A DNA stretch of 64,000 nucleotides, taken from positions 148,304,001-148,368,000 of the forward strand of contig OZ024740.1 of NCBI GenBank assembly GCA_964016885.1, written 5' to 3'. The position numbers and the translations under genes are program-made. The notes under the pieces are model-generated. The model did not search any database, was not told the DNA's origin, and saw only the letters and a list, made by a program, of their open reading frames with translations. The number at the start of each line of letters is the position of its first letter. The first letter of the stretch is position 1. The DNA is from Eledone cirrhosa (lineage: Eukaryota). This document shows, one piece after another, positions 13,291 through 27,502 of the stretch.

Positions 13291-16200
13291 CAGTACGTGG
13301 GACCCCATTTGCTCATCATACAGAGAGATGGAGGCAATGACAGTGGGAGTTGGGCTCTTCCACGTTCGGACTATATCCTTGTGGTTGTGTTTAATGTAGT
13401 TCTGTACCCTACTGTTGCCATAGAATTTGTCTCTAGCTTACAATCACCCACTGTTGTCTGTTTAATGTTTCTTCTTTCTTCTACCTCAATTTTCGCTTTT
13501 AATGTTACAGAGAGACGTGAATAACCGATGCTCCATCCTAAACACACACAGGTACATATACTCCTTACATTTCCTTACTTCAGAAAGTTTTGCAAACATG
13601 TACCTTTTCGAGGTATTTTTTTTTTTTTTTTTGCTTTTTAGCGAGACCTGTCTATTTTCCCATTAAAACAAACGGATCATTCCACCCTGCGAATATGCGA
13701 GGAAACATAATTATGTACAGGATTATCAGATATGTTAGATTGTGTCCGTTTTTACCCATGTGCGTTAGAGTAAAATTCAAATTAATCGAACGTCATGAAT
13801 TGTCTGAATTATGTCCGAATTAAGGTTTCCCATAAAATTTATTATCCCCAAAGCAAAAGCCCTGTATAGAAACAATCTTTCAGAAAACATCAATTTATTG
13901 TTTTTAATAATTTAATCCTCAATATTCGTTTGTCTCAAAGTTAAAAAAATCAATACATTCGAATTAAAATATAAACTACGATGGTATTGGTGAGGCACAT
14001 TACATTGAAAATGTCCAGAATTTTCCAGGAGAGTGTTTTCAAAGCTTAAGACGAAAAACCAAAATAATAGGAGCATTGAATTTTCATTTTAGGTTTTCAA
14101 TTTCTGAAATAAGACCTGTCCACTTTTCTTTAAAATTAGAATTGCGAACGAAAGTTTTTGATTTATGGGCGAAGAATGAAATTGTCAGTTAGCAAATCTT
14201 TAGTGCAGATGCATGATTCAAGAAACATGACCTTGCAAACAGTTACCCGTCACCACGTGAATTTACAATATCGGTATTACTTCAGTTAGACAATAGTCTT
14301 TACCTAATAAAGCCAAATATCACTAAAACGTATTACTTTAAAAATACTTAATTGGAGGATTTAAATTTGATTTGTGAAAGCAGTCATGTTTTGCTTTGTG
14401 AAATTTCCCGTGGAAGACCTGAATATAATGCTGAGAGGTGTAACTTTCACCCAATTAGGAAAAATTAACATTTAAAAATTTAAATACTAACTAATTTTAT
14501 AAGTTGTTTAGTAAATAAACAATCTGTAATAAACAAAATAAAGGTCGCAAACCATAGGTATCTAATAATCTCTAAATTAATTTCAACATTTAGTTCCCTT
14601 ATAAAGATTTAAATATTCATATTTGAGTCATTGAGTACATTCAAGATTTAGGTACAATATACAGTGATAAACTCAAAAGAAATATTCGTTCTTTCTGTAT
14701 TCATAATACATTTCCAATGATATTGCTGCAAAAAATAAAATGAAAGATCTTCAATCGAGAATCGAATCACAAAACTATTTTCCGACATTAGGCTATACAT
14801 TCTATTTTCTGAGTATTTCACAAACCGACATACAATGATGAAGCATATAGAGTATTATGTGCAAACAATGCACTCAATCCAATTATTTCCGTACACCTAT
14901 ACATTTTCATGTTGGGTTGCCACGGTGAAGGTAGGAATAGTGGACTCAATCAAAATAAAATAGTTTCCTTTATTCTGTATCACAGCTTAGTATCTAGAGT
15001 TAATGAGACAACTGATGCTGTAGTGATTTCTGTAAGTATATGTTTATATTTGTAAGGGTTGACTAGACAACGATCTTAAGATGCTATTGTTATAGTGCTC
15101 CATGGAGTAATACATGTGTCTGGCAATTTAGATGTGGTTTTGCATAGAATACCAAGGACTGCGGTTATTCAAGCTCGATGCTATAATAAATTGTGTCACA
15201 CAGATACCCACAGAGTTTCGTTCTGTATGTATTCTGTACGCAACGGTTTATTCTGCGGAGTCCGCTGGTTTGTCTTTTTCGTAGTTTGTTGTGGAGAGAT
15301 AAAGAGAATACGTGGAAGAGTTATAGTCGATGATGAATATATATATTGCTTGCGGACCAGTTTTGTTGTTATGTATATTGACCAATGTGGTACACATATG
15401 GTTCGGTGTATTAGTTATATTACATTTTTCTGTTGTTGCTAATAAGAGAAGAGACAGTGGATTTGATAATTGTTTCCTTATCTGATCTGAGTTTAATTGA
15501 AATTTTGGATGTTCTGTGTTGATTTAATAAGAATATTTCATGAATTATTGCAACGTGATTGTTGTGTGTGGTGATAAAATTTCTGAATGTCACAAACGCA
15601 TAGAACCATTAACATTGGGTTTATAACACTGATGAATCCTGTTTTTATCTGTGCTGCCGATGTTGTGGCGTTGTTATTTGTCTATAATGTGGTGTGTTTT
15701 TCAGGAATATTTGGTGTTGTTTGCTAAGTATTTGTGTAAGTGTTGTACAATCTTTGTAAAACAATTATATATAACTTTTCGGAGCCCGCTTCATGCAGAT
15801 TCGTGGCTTCACTCATTCTCTAACGACTCTTGCAAGCGACAGAGAAAAATATATCTGTCTCATAAAAACATCCGATCGGCATTGTAAGTGCGGGCTCACA
15901 CTATTTTTTCTGGCATATTATATCCAGTATTACTTTATTTATACATATGATACATTTTAAGGCAATACGGTAGTATTTGAAAAAAAAAATTCTCTGCAAG
16001 TCGAGTGACCGCATAGAAGCTTCTTAGAAGAGTGTATTGGAATTTTAAGAGTCATATATTTTCTACAGACATTACTGATGTAATTGAAATGAGATTGTTC
16101 CAAATGTAAATGTGATGAGGTGTTTGCCTTCTATTTAAAGAGTTTTGTTGTAATCCCACCACGGAGACATCTAACCCCGCACCTATCGAATATCAGGTAA

Positions 16201-16535
16201 TGCTTTACTCACTACGCTAAACAGCCGCTAATAAAATAGTGTATTTTTTCCTTGTCCCCAACGCGTATTAATTATAATCTGCTATTATTACGATTATTTG
16301 CGTTTGGACGCACATGTTTCAAATTATAATATCTTTAACTTATTAATTCCATTGCTAGCTTTTACAAATTAATGGATAAAATACAACGTAACAGAAAGTA
16401 ACAGCAACTCATTAAAATGGATAGAGTACTTTAAAGATTTTAAATCACCAATAACCTTGTTCATTTAGTTATTGTTCAGCTTTCTTGCTATTTATAGTTT
16501 CACTTCCACATATATAACATAAATCTATAATATCT

Positions 16536-17983
16536 CTGTTTAAATACCCGCTTCATTTCATTGATTGATGCTTAGAAATGTATGAATGTCCTATTACTAT
16601 CGTTTTTAGGAGTTTGAGTCTTTCTACTGAGTCATCAGAAAAAAGATATCCCAATTAGTAATTATTTAAGTCGCTCACATTAAGTAAGAAACTAAATCAA
16701 CACCAAAGAAACCTCTACTATATTTAAGGTTATGAAATAAACTAAAATCTCCAAATTTCAGTTGTCGATGTTAACGTATTTTCGTTATATAAGTCAATAC
16801 TTTAACATAATAATTTAGATAAAATAAAGATGACATTAAATAATCATGATTCAACGTTCTGATCGAATAAATAAGCTCAGATATTAGGCAGCTTCTCTCG
16901 GGGTCGAATAATCGTACCCCACCCGCTTATTACTTTTTTCGCCCCCGCCCTCCGCTTATTACATTTTGCTCCGTAGAAATTTTATTTTAAGTGGTAGTAT
17001 TCCTGCGACAATTAATTTTCTTTATACATTAAAAAAAAAATATTATACATGGCAAAAAAGTACATTACTAGAATAAAAGGGATGGGTTGGAGTCTCAATA
17101 TGTAAACGAAATGACAATTTCTGGTTTAAAAAAGAATCAACGGAGACAACCTAGGAAAATTACGGATTTTCCAACCTCCTGCCTATTCTACTCCGTTCTT
17201 ATTATTTGGGACCCGAGAGTTGAGATTTTATCTATTCAATCTTTTCATTCCTTGTAACTAGTAATTATTTTAACAACGGAAGAAAGATGAAATTCAACCT
17301 AAATACTAGCGAGATATGAACCAAGTCACGAAGTTGAAGACAAACCGACATACATTCTAGTAGTTATTTTGTACAACACTCTCCGACATCACTCAAAGGA
17401 CTGCTTTTAATTTAACTGATTAACGAAACAAATGTTAGTTAGCAGCTTTCTAAATAATCGTTGTCCGAATTAGAATGATCAATGAGGCCGTTGATCTATT
17501 GCAGAAAGCTTTTTCTATCTACATGGGACGAGAATTGAATACGGCTATGTAAGCTGACTAAACAATCATAAAATCAACAGCTTTCTTGATGATTGCAATA
17601 ATAAATTATATATATCAACTTTGGACTCAGCGATTGACTACTAAGTACATTCTGCAAAGACGATATTATTACAGCAGGAATTCCTTTGATCATAAGTCTG
17701 GTCGATCGAAGCTAATGTGGACCTAAATAACAGCAACATACGATGTGACTGAAACACGATTCAAACTGACGAATGATCTGTGCCCTATTGAAATATTTCA
17801 AGAAAATAAGAATTAATAATGAGCTATGTGGGTTTTGCTGTTTAAATACCCGCTTCATTTCATTCATTGATGCTTGGAAATACATGAGGGTCACATTACT
17901 GTGCCTTTCTTACTGAATCTGTAGCAAAAGAGTAATTAGTTAACTCTCTCACATTAAGTAAGAAACGAAATCAGCACCAAAGA
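16536..17983 (+). repeat. Local direct duplication (about 16536-16710 and 17838-17983)
   Basis: ctgtttaaatacccgcttcatttcatt..attgatgctt and ctcacattaagtaagaaac.aaatca.caccaaaga occur in both copies. Confidence 0.7.
16895..17219. mobile_element. MITE with degenerate TIRs (Tc1/mariner-pogo-like)
   Basis: Left ctctcggggtcgaataat vs right attatttgggacccgagag. Confidence 0.5.
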
Positions 17984-18595
17984 CATCTCTTAACTAATTA
18001 GGTTCATCGACTGTTTAAATTATTAACATAATTACTGTCTCCAAACCAAATGACCAAGTTATGGCATTGGCCTTTGATGTTTACGGCTCGATAATCTGGG
18101 AGACATGTCGAAAATTTACTCTCAAAGACATCCTTTCCGGTAGTTTAGTCATTCACTTGTAGCTGCAATGAAAACATTGTTTAACGGAAAGTGGTGTAAA
18201 TATCGACAAAGTGTTGGCTGACATTTAGCACCACATTGTAGAGACTTTTGTTTTGTTTTTTGTTCCTTTCTTTCGTTCTTTCTTTTTCTTTCATTCTTTC
18301 TTTCTTTCTTTCTTACCTTTTCTTTCTGTCTTCTTTCTTTCTTTCTTTTTTCTATCTTCCTATATTTATTTCTTACATTCTTCTTACATTCATTCGTTTG
18401 TCTTCAAGTTTCTCTTTCTATTTTCTCTTTTCATTATATTTCCTCTCCCTCTCCTTTATTATTCTGCTTCACACGCATCAGTCTATCGCTTTTTTTCTCC
18501 TGCCTTGTCTCTCTATTAGAACTGAAGTATCCAAACAGCCAAAAAATTGACAAGATTTTGACTCTGGTTCAATGGTCTCCAAATACGTTAAGCTT

Positions 18596-18627
18596 ATATA
18601 TACATATATATATGTGTGTGTGGTTGA

Positions 18628-18675
<48 letters not shown>

Positions 18676-18807
18676 TTGAGTGTGTATATATATGTGTGGT
18701 AGAGTGTGTGTATGTATGTGTGGTTGAGTGTGTGTATGTGTGGTTGAGTGTGTGTATGTGTGTGTGTGAGTGTGTATATATGTACATATATATGGATTAT
18801 ATATATA

Positions 18808-18838
<31 letters not shown>

Positions 18839-18917
18839 CAATAATATATACACATATATACATACATACATACACACATACACGCACTCACGTATACATA
18901 TATATATATATATATAC

Positions 18918-18981
<64 letters not shown>
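18596..18981. repeat. Complex (TA)n/(TG)n/(CA)n microsatellite with tggttgagtgtg subunits
   Basis: Directly visible. Confidence 0.9.
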
Positions 18982-18984
<3 letters not shown>

Positions 18985-20825
18985 ACAAAGAGTCAAAGGG
19001 AAAGTAAGTTGGAGCAAGCCGATTTCCTGAATTCCTCTGTCCAATTATTTACTGCTGAAGTCCACTTAAATAGCTATTGTTTATTAGTATTTCGTTCCAC
19101 CCTTGTTCAATTACTTTCATCATTCTTTTGAAGTAACGTAACTAACATTGGGGCAGTTTCCATATTCGTTAATGCTGTCTATTACAGTATGTTTTATATG
19201 TGGGCACAGGTGCATACACACTGGCTCACAAACATATACAAACAGACACACACACACACACATTCACGCAAAGACACACACATACATGTTGTCAGTCATA
19301 CTGAATTATGCAGTTTTAATGAGACAGTTAATTGCGGAAGTTGTAGTATACAGACAAACAAAACAAATTGAAAATACAGGATTAAAAGTTGTATATATAC
19401 TTACATATATAAACTATACATATATATATATATACAGTCAGGCATTTATAGAGATACATATATGCAAACATATATTTTATGACCGTCTCTTAAGCGTTTT
19501 TTTTTAAACGGCAATTATCTTACCCTACTCCTTTCACCCTTTTAGTATCTTTACTTCCAGTATCTTTTTAAAGCACTGATTCTTTTTTGTGTCAAAATAT
19601 GACACCGATATTTGGAAATGTTATCAGATTTTATTCACCTTGAAACATAAACAATTTCCACGAGAAATACGTTTTCATGTATCCATATGCGGTTATAACT
19701 ACACATGTTTATGTGTAGCAGTTGCGATGCCATCTGAGGTCTTACATTCAGTGTTACCACTTGAGCAGTGCGAAGATATGGCGAACGCTTAACATTGAGG
19801 CTATAAATGGAGTAAAGATACTAAAAGAAGAATAACGTGGGTATGATTTTATTGTGTATTTCACTAGTATGACATGTTTACTTTAAATGATAATGGTTTC
19901 GACGAAAACTTTGCAGTAAAAAATTGAATCACACGGATAAGAAATGATGGATAATTTGTAATCTGTGCCATGAAACAGGCACATTATTTTATAAATCATG
20001 TTCAATGCTAGTAGATTTCTTACCAGAAATGTATAGAAGCAGGTGTATAAATGATGGAGTCGCTCTCGGCGAGTTATATTATCCGGTGATCTACTGATTT
20101 TGACTACATAACCCTCATGGGATACTAAAGGATTGATAAGCAACATGAACAAATAGAGGCAGTGCAGTGTATGATTTCAGTGAATCAGTTACACAATTAT
20201 AATTTAATCAAAGTCTGGAACAATTTACTTATTATGCTAATAAGATTAAAATCACATTTTCCAAGTTCTTCTTCGTTATAAGTTTATGTGAAAGATTCCA
20301 TTCTGTAAGTTAACTTTGAAATAAAAGCTATCTAACTTCTTTACCACCGTACCTAACTATTTAACATCAGTAACAGAGGCATACACACCGTAGCGAACTC
20401 CTCTATTAATGAAATTTCAGGTAAAGACGGGTGGTATGTCCGCCTTTACTTTTTACATTAACAATAATAAAACCATTTAAAACACATCCACTTTGTATAT
20501 TGGCAACACTACTCTTTCTTGTAATAGCACGAAAAGGAAGATACCAGCAACATGCAAGTCGCAAACCCCTTATCAATTTGCAACATCAGCCTGTAAGTCG
20601 TTTAGCAAGCACTATCTATATCATTCTACAGAGTGTTATTTCAATCAGAAGACGACCGATTTCACAAGTTAAGCCCAAACAGGCGTAATGATGTATACAT
20701 CAATGAGGAAATTGTGAATTGTTGTGATGTAACATGACACCGTTAAAAAACGGTTGCAGGGCATAAGGTTGTAAACACATTTAATACACGTAAGATATAT
20801 TCGTTAACAACAGCAAAAAGAAACC

Positions 20826-20904
<79 letters not shown>

Positions 20905-21214
20905 TTATATATATACATGCCCAGGCATATAGAATAATTTATTTAAAATCAGAAAAAGAGGGAAAAAAAGATAAAATATTTTATGACCAAGATGTAAAAT
21001 ATATATAAACATAAAACTCAGTAGGGCAGTAAACATAAGAGGAATTTATAGTAAATAAAAGGGTAAACAAAAAAGAAATTAATCAAGTTTTCAACGAAGA
21101 CAAATAAGCATTTAAATATGCTTACACACACGCGCGCGCTTATATACACACGTACATTCTTATATACCTATATGCAAATGTTTATGTATGTATGTATGTA
21201 TGTATGTATGTATG

Positions 21215-21307
<93 letters not shown>

Positions 21308-21857
21308 TATACATTAATGCATATTCATTCTAAGTTTAATGGAATGGCATGCACGCTCGTGGATGTATACACACATTCTTTAATATTAGCTTACTTACAC
21401 AAGAACATATATACACGATCGTTGACCATAAATACTGAAATGTTTAAGTGCCCATAAAGGCACAGTAACGACAATGACAACAACATCAACAGCAGCAGTA
21501 AAATTAACTGCTATGTCATCAGTAATATCTGGAAATGTTTTTACCTCGACGCGGTGCCAGATGGAAGTATTAAACTTATTCGAAAGAAATAAACAAGACT
21601 AAGTATGAGAATGTTGGAATTTTGGAATAATTTGCTGCTATAAGGCATACATCCAATCTCACTAATAGCACAAGACTATATACACAATACACACCACTAT
21701 ATTTTACTAGTGAGCATTATACTGTACTTCATTCTTCAAAACGAAACGTTAACTTGAGCTGCTATGATTATCAGTCAAATTTCTCCCGAACCCCGTCGTA
21801 AAGTATTAAAGAATGAAATACATTGGATAATTCAATCATCGTTACCTCATACCATAT

Positions 21858-23460
21858 GTTTGTCCATTTGGAGGTCTGGACCAAACCAGATCCCAAGTAA
21901 TTTAACCGGTCCGTCTATTCAGTGCCCGACGACGTTATTGACTGGCATGGACTTGCTTCTCCAGGTGCCGAGCTGCAGCCCCCAACTTAATCTTTGCTCC
22001 TAATGTTGCGTCGTATTCCTTGAGAGCAGTGCCGATCAACTCAATATGTTTGATGCTCAACGCCACTATGGTGACATCATCGGCATATACTGATACGGAT
22101 CTACCATATTCTAGTTGGCGCAGGATGCACCTCAACATCGTTAATTTGTGCAGTAGTGGCTCGAGAGTCAATACATTCAAAAGGGATAAGAGAGGAGAAA
22201 CTTGGCCAACCGAGCGCATGATGCTGAAAGATTCTGACCACTGAACAGATCTTGCTGTGCATTGCGGCGATCCATCCTTTGAATACAGGCCGGAAGTTCA
22301 TTGCCTTGAGGACTGTCGCCAGGTACCGATGGTTGATCTTATCAAAGGCTTTCGACTGGTCTGATTTGATCCGAGCTCCACCCATGCCTAGTTCTTTAGC
22401 CACTCTCTCTATGATATATCGCATAAGGCGGAGGTTGTCGCGAATGGATTTGTACGAAATGGCACATGTTTGCGCCTCTACTATCAGACCACCAACAACA
22501 AACGCCAGCCTCGTCATTAACACTTGGGCCAAAATCTGAAACTCTGCATCTAGCAGAGTCATGGGCCTGAAAAAACAAGATGTGGAGGGTGAGAGAGATG
22601 GAGGCGATGACATTAGGAGTTCGGCTCTTCCGTGTTCGGACACATTGCACCTGTCATTTGTGAAATTATAAAACCAAAAGAACATACATACATACATACA
22701 TACATACATACATACATACATACATACATACATACATGTGTGGTGTGTTTTGGCTAGTTTATGTTTGTTGTGTTTTGTAGTTGGGAATTGTTACGTAAGA
22801 AAAAAAGATGTATCATGCATCTGTCCCCTTTGTTCGGATCCTTTCTCAACAAGGCCATCGCTCACAGGACTTAGAAGTGTTTCATACTGCTGCCAGCTGG
22901 CATAAACGTCACTGAATAAATTTGGCATATTTGCGTAAAGCTCAAAGGCAGACCATCCAATCCAAGCGATTTGCCTCTCGTGTAGATAGTCATCGCATTC
23001 CATATTTCATCGGCTGTTATCAATTTTCCGCAACATTCCGCCTCTCTCGTCAAGAGCCGTGGCAAGTCATCGAGATAGGAACTGAAATCTATCTCTCAAT
23101 CCGACCCATCTCAGTTTCCGAACATTTGCGCGAAGTGTCGCTGAAAAACTACACACATCTGCTTAGCGTCGGATACCGTGAGCCCGTCGTCAACCACCAA
23201 TGACCAAAGTGTGGCTTTGTTGCCACGCCACGCCTCTGCCACTCGGGCTCATCGAACTACTTTCATCCCCTCCTGTATAAGAGCACGCCCCTTAGCTCTG
23301 ACAAAGCAGCCTTCGTGATCCACACTGAAGAATTCTTCGGGCGCCAATCTCGCTGCGAGCGCGTCGTCTGCGAAGTCTTTTCTAATGGCACCATATAGCT
23401 TTCTAACAAGTTCTCCCTCTAGTCTAGTTTTCTCTATCACTACTAATTTACTAACTGGGT
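21858..23460 (-). mobile_element. Degraded Tx1-like LINE ORF2 fragment (RT region) interrupted by a (CATA)n-containing insert at about 22572-22872
   Basis: Motifs RGKSLGLDGLP, FRPMTLLDAEFQILA, DQSKAFDKINH and VYADDV. Homologous to 56087-59505. Confidence 0.85.
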
Positions 23461-24299
23461 CCCTGCCTAAGTCGAAAGACCTTGTTGATAATCATAGTAA
23501 GTGCCGCATAATCTAGTGATGATGTCACGATAAAATCACCTGTGTTAGTGCAATACTAAATTCACCAATGCCGTTTACGAGTGCTTAAATGTCGAACCTA
23601 AATAGTTCAAATGACGGTGTAAAGGAGGCTGGAACTTCAAGTGAAGGGCTCCCACCCGACAAGTGTTCCCCGGCCCAGCAGCAGGGACCCGGCTGTCATC
23701 CAACAGTTGCTATTGTCGGGGGAAGAATAAGGAACGAGTCAAGAACCAATTGGACGAAGGAATTGAATGAAGCTGTAATGAAATGTTATCTGAAAAGTGA
23801 TACCCCTAAGAAAGACTGTAGACAGTATAGAGTATATCGTCTCACCACCCGATACTGGCAGCCATGTTCAACGACTGCTTGATATCGAGTGAAGTACTGC
23901 AGTGGTTTACAAGTTCAATTGTTCAAATAGTGACAGATCAAGCCAAAGGAAATGATGTTCCCAAGCTGTGCGTATTATTAAGTACAGTGCGGGAAGGGTT
24001 ACATGAAATTTAAAGGAGAAAGAGAACTGGATACAAAGACATGTTAATTAATGTCTACCTACAGTCTGTTTCATACGAAGTGTGACATTGATAGACTGTA
24101 CGTAAAGAAAGCGGACGGTGTGAGAGGTATTATCAACGTGGAGGACTCTGTTCAGGTGGAGAAGAGCAGTTTACATGAATATGTGTCTGAGAGTAACGAG
24201 CCATTGCTTAAGACTATATTGAAGGAGGCGACAATAGACCAGGGTATATCAAAGAAAGATGTAACGACAAAGAGGAAGAACAACATGAAAGAAAAGCCC

Positions 24300-24300
<1 letters not shown>

Positions 24301-24347
<47 letters not shown>

Positions 24348-24390
24348 GTAATAATGATGATAATAATAATATATAATAATGAATAATAAT
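24301..24390. repeat. (TAA)n microsatellite
   Basis: Directly visible. It forms the tail of the adjacent minus-strand CR1-like fragment. Confidence 0.9.
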
Positions 24391-24762
24391 GAAATTGTGT
24401 ACAGTGCTCAGGTGCACTACAACTCATCAAAGGTGCATGTATAGAACATAGAATAATATACAAATGTCAGGGAAGTGAATAGTGTATGAGTTATGATATA
24501 CATGTGTGTATGTGTATGGAGGGGGAACATTAGGTGTAGTGTTGGCGAATCTGAGGATGCATGGAGGTTTTAAAGGATGCAGTGTCTCGACAGCTAATAA
24601 CTGATGCAGGTAGTTAGTTCCATGCGTCAGCAAAACTCTGAGCATGAACAAATGTTTCCGAAAGTCATGGGAGCTGTGCTGTTTTCTGACTTTGTGGGCA
24701 TGCCCACGTGTGTTAGACACATGGAAATCAAAAAGGTATTCAGGGTTGTTGTTAGCAAGATG
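24391..24762 (-). mobile_element. CR1-like LINE 3' fragment nested in the R4 copy
   Basis: SNTRGHAHKVRKQHSSHDFRKHLFMLRV resembles the CR1 C-terminal TRGH..K...R..FF..RV...WN.LP motif. Followed by a 3'UTR and an (ATT)n tail. Confidence 0.65.
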
Positions 24763-25591
24763 GTTAATAATGGCATAGCATCATTTTGATAAAAACAGAA
24801 TTCAGAGATCCGCAGTCATGGGACGGGATAAATAAAGGGGACCTTGAAAAAGCTACAGAGGGAATGCTACCGGTTGCACAAGAGCAAGCCATTAGAACAA
24901 AATGGATGAAACATCATATTGACAAAGAGGAGGCAAGCCCGCTCTGTAGGATCTGTGGGGAGAGAGAGAGGAAACTGTGGCTCACATCGTATCCGAGTAT
25001 AAACATCTAGCCCAATCTCATTATAAAGGATGGAGGCATGATATCATAGGAAAAGTGATTGATTGGTATTTATACAAACTGAATAATGTACCCCATTCTA
25101 AGAATTGATATGAGCATAAGCCATAGTCGGTGATAAAAAAACAACACCCGGATGAAGGTGCTGTTGTATTTCAGGAGAGAAATATAGAATTAGAACACAG
25201 TAGAGTTGACCTCGTGGTTTTTGACAAGGAAAAAATCTTGCTTGTTTATAGACGTAGCTTGCCCCATTTGACACAAGCGTGAAAGAAAAGGAGAAAATTA
25301 ACCGGTACCGGGATCTAAAGCAAATACTAAAAATGATATGAAATTGTCATGTGATCAAGGTCATCCCAATTGTCATAGGAACACTAGGTACTATCTCGAA
25401 GAGTTTTCAAGGGTGGCTAAAGAACATTAGCCCAGGCACCTGTTTTTGGAATACTTCAAGCGGCCTACTTGGAACGGCAAGGACCCTCCGATACGTCCTG
25501 AATATCTGAGGTTGCAGAAAGCGGCTTGATGTTCATTCGAGCAAATTCTGCGGTTAAATAATATCAATGACTAAGATATCAAATTCATGAT

Positions 25592-25985
25592 AATAATAAT
25601 TGTTTCTACTTTAGGCACAAGGGCAGCAATTACCAGTACATTACTGGTACTTTATTTTATCGATCCCGTAAGGATGAAAGGTAAAGTTAACCTCGGCGGG
25701 ATTTCAACTCAGACTGTAAAGGGACGTAACTATGCTACAAAGCATGGCGTCCAACCTTCTACCGATACTGCCAATTCACCGCAATTCATGATAATAATAA
25801 TTGTTTCTACTTTTGGCACAAGGCCAGCAATTATTCCAGTGTATTACTGGTGCTTTATTTTATCGACCCCGTAAGGATGAAAGGCAAAGTTAACCTCGGC
25901 GGGATTTGAACTCAGTCCGTAAAGGGACGTAACTATGCTGGAAAGCATGGCGTCCGACTCTCTACCGATACTGCCAATTCACCGA
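25592..25985 (-). mobile_element. Two tandem SINE copies (about 25592-25781 and 25793-25985)
   Basis: Two near-identical units of about 200 bp, each with the family core, ending at (AAT)n. Confidence 0.85.
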
Positions 25986-25987
25986 AT

Positions 25988-26150
25988 AACAATGATTTCA
26001 TTTATTGGCCACAAGGGCCGTGTGGGCTTATAATAAGATTGAGTAAAAAAGCACAATAATAATAAAGCCTGGCGCGCGTGCCTACGTTTTAGATGTGAAG
26101 CGACAAGGGACCTTGAACTTCATTTATAGACCCCCCCCCCCCTAAAAAAA
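25988..26150 (-). mobile_element. Tx1-like LINE 3'UTR fragment
   Basis: Minus strand ggcccttgtggccaataaatgaaatcattgttatt matches the Tx1 3' termini at 49361-49392 and 59730-59760. Confidence 0.6.
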
Positions 26151-26187
26151 GGAAGAGCAAATACTGTTAGGAATTTAATATTTTGAC

Positions 26188-26225
<38 letters not shown>

Positions 26226-26251
26226 AAGTAGTAGTAGTAGTAGTAGTAGAA

Positions 26252-26285
<34 letters not shown>

Positions 26286-26320
26286 AAGTAGTAGTAGTAG
26301 TAGTAGAAGTAGTAGTGGTA
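26188..26320. repeat. (TAG)n microsatellite
   Basis: Directly visible. Confidence 0.95.
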
Positions 26321-27170
26321 GAGATGATGTTGTTGGTGGTGATGGAGTCCAGTACGTGGTGGAAAACATAGCTGGAGGAAATGGAAAAGTGTGATGATCA
26401 TGCTTTCTCATGGGGATTAATATATAATTGTAAATATCCCCATAAACTTACTCATCTTTTTTCACACGAATCTGGCACCAACCACTTATGATCATTATAA
26501 CGATGATGATGATTAATATGATCCACCTCTTTATCATCATCATCCGCTTTATCATAGTGATATACTAATTTTTCTCTATCATTGAGGTTATCATCAACAT
26601 CATAATTTCTTTAAGAAAATAGTCCAGTCAGTTACCATTGTATATGCCAGTGTTACACCACCACCACCTCCAATATCACCACCACCATCAACAGCAGCAG
26701 CACCACCACAACCATTGTATTAATACAGTCACTTCCACAGTTCCTTTAGTGGGTTTAGTGGCAATGTCATAACTAGACATAGTCATAAGAAGCTAAGTGT
26801 AGATGGAAGTCTTAGCGGGATAGATTTTAGATTGGAAAGACCTTTTTCACCTTTAAACGAATAGAGAGCGTAAACACAAGAGAGGGGACATACTAGCTTA
26901 ATGTAGGACACTGTTTACACAGGACATATCAAATGTCCTACATCTGTAGGCTGTAATGGGTTTCTATGAAAACCTGCTGGTGCTCGATTAAAGGCCTTAT
27001 GTTTTGTCATCGTAAACATTATATTTAACTCCCATGTGTCTTCACGGCTTTCATGTTGTGTTGTACTTTTTTTTATTTTATAATTTGTAGTTATGTTTTT
27101 TCTCCGTACTTCCACTTTCTAAAAGCCATCCTATGATCTGGTATATATATAAATATATATATACCCGCCC

Positions 27171-27220
<50 letters not shown>

Positions 27221-27248
27221 ATATATGAATATATATATATATATATAA

Positions 27249-27364
27249 GTTATCCCGGGTTCAATCGGGGGTAACCACAGTAAGTAAGGTACTCAATACA
27301 TAGCATAGTATAAATGTTTAATATAGAAAACCTTCTACAGGACTGAGGAAGCTTTTCTATATTA
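27249..27364 (-). mobile_element. Short (TA)n-flanked hairpin-capped insert
   Basis: taatatagaaaaccttc (27319-27335) / gaagcttttctatatta (27348-27364) inverted pair. Shares gtactcaatac with 37005-37198 and, on the opposite strand, about 1749-1760. Confidence 0.5.
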
Positions 27365-27391
27365 TATATATATATATACACACACACACAA

Positions 27392-27457
<66 letters not shown>

Positions 27458-27502
27458 ACACATACACACACACATGATATTTTGACACCTCACCCCTACC
27501 CT

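Larger units (their letters stand above)
23480..25585 (+). mobile_element. Internally deleted R4/Dong-like RLE retrotransposon
   Basis: N-terminus MSNLNSSN...RTNWTKELNEAVMKCYLKS, FHTKCDIDRLYVK, GDLEKATEGML..AQEQAI and CRICGE. The 3' end (LRYVLNI*) matches the copy at 49432-53816(-). Ends in (TAA)n. Confidence 0.85.

Noticed and set aside
18248-19131. Multiple 70-150 aa ORFs (poly-YI, CV, HT, FL)
   Set aside because: Stop-free microsatellite read-through. The same applies to similar ORFs throughout the window.
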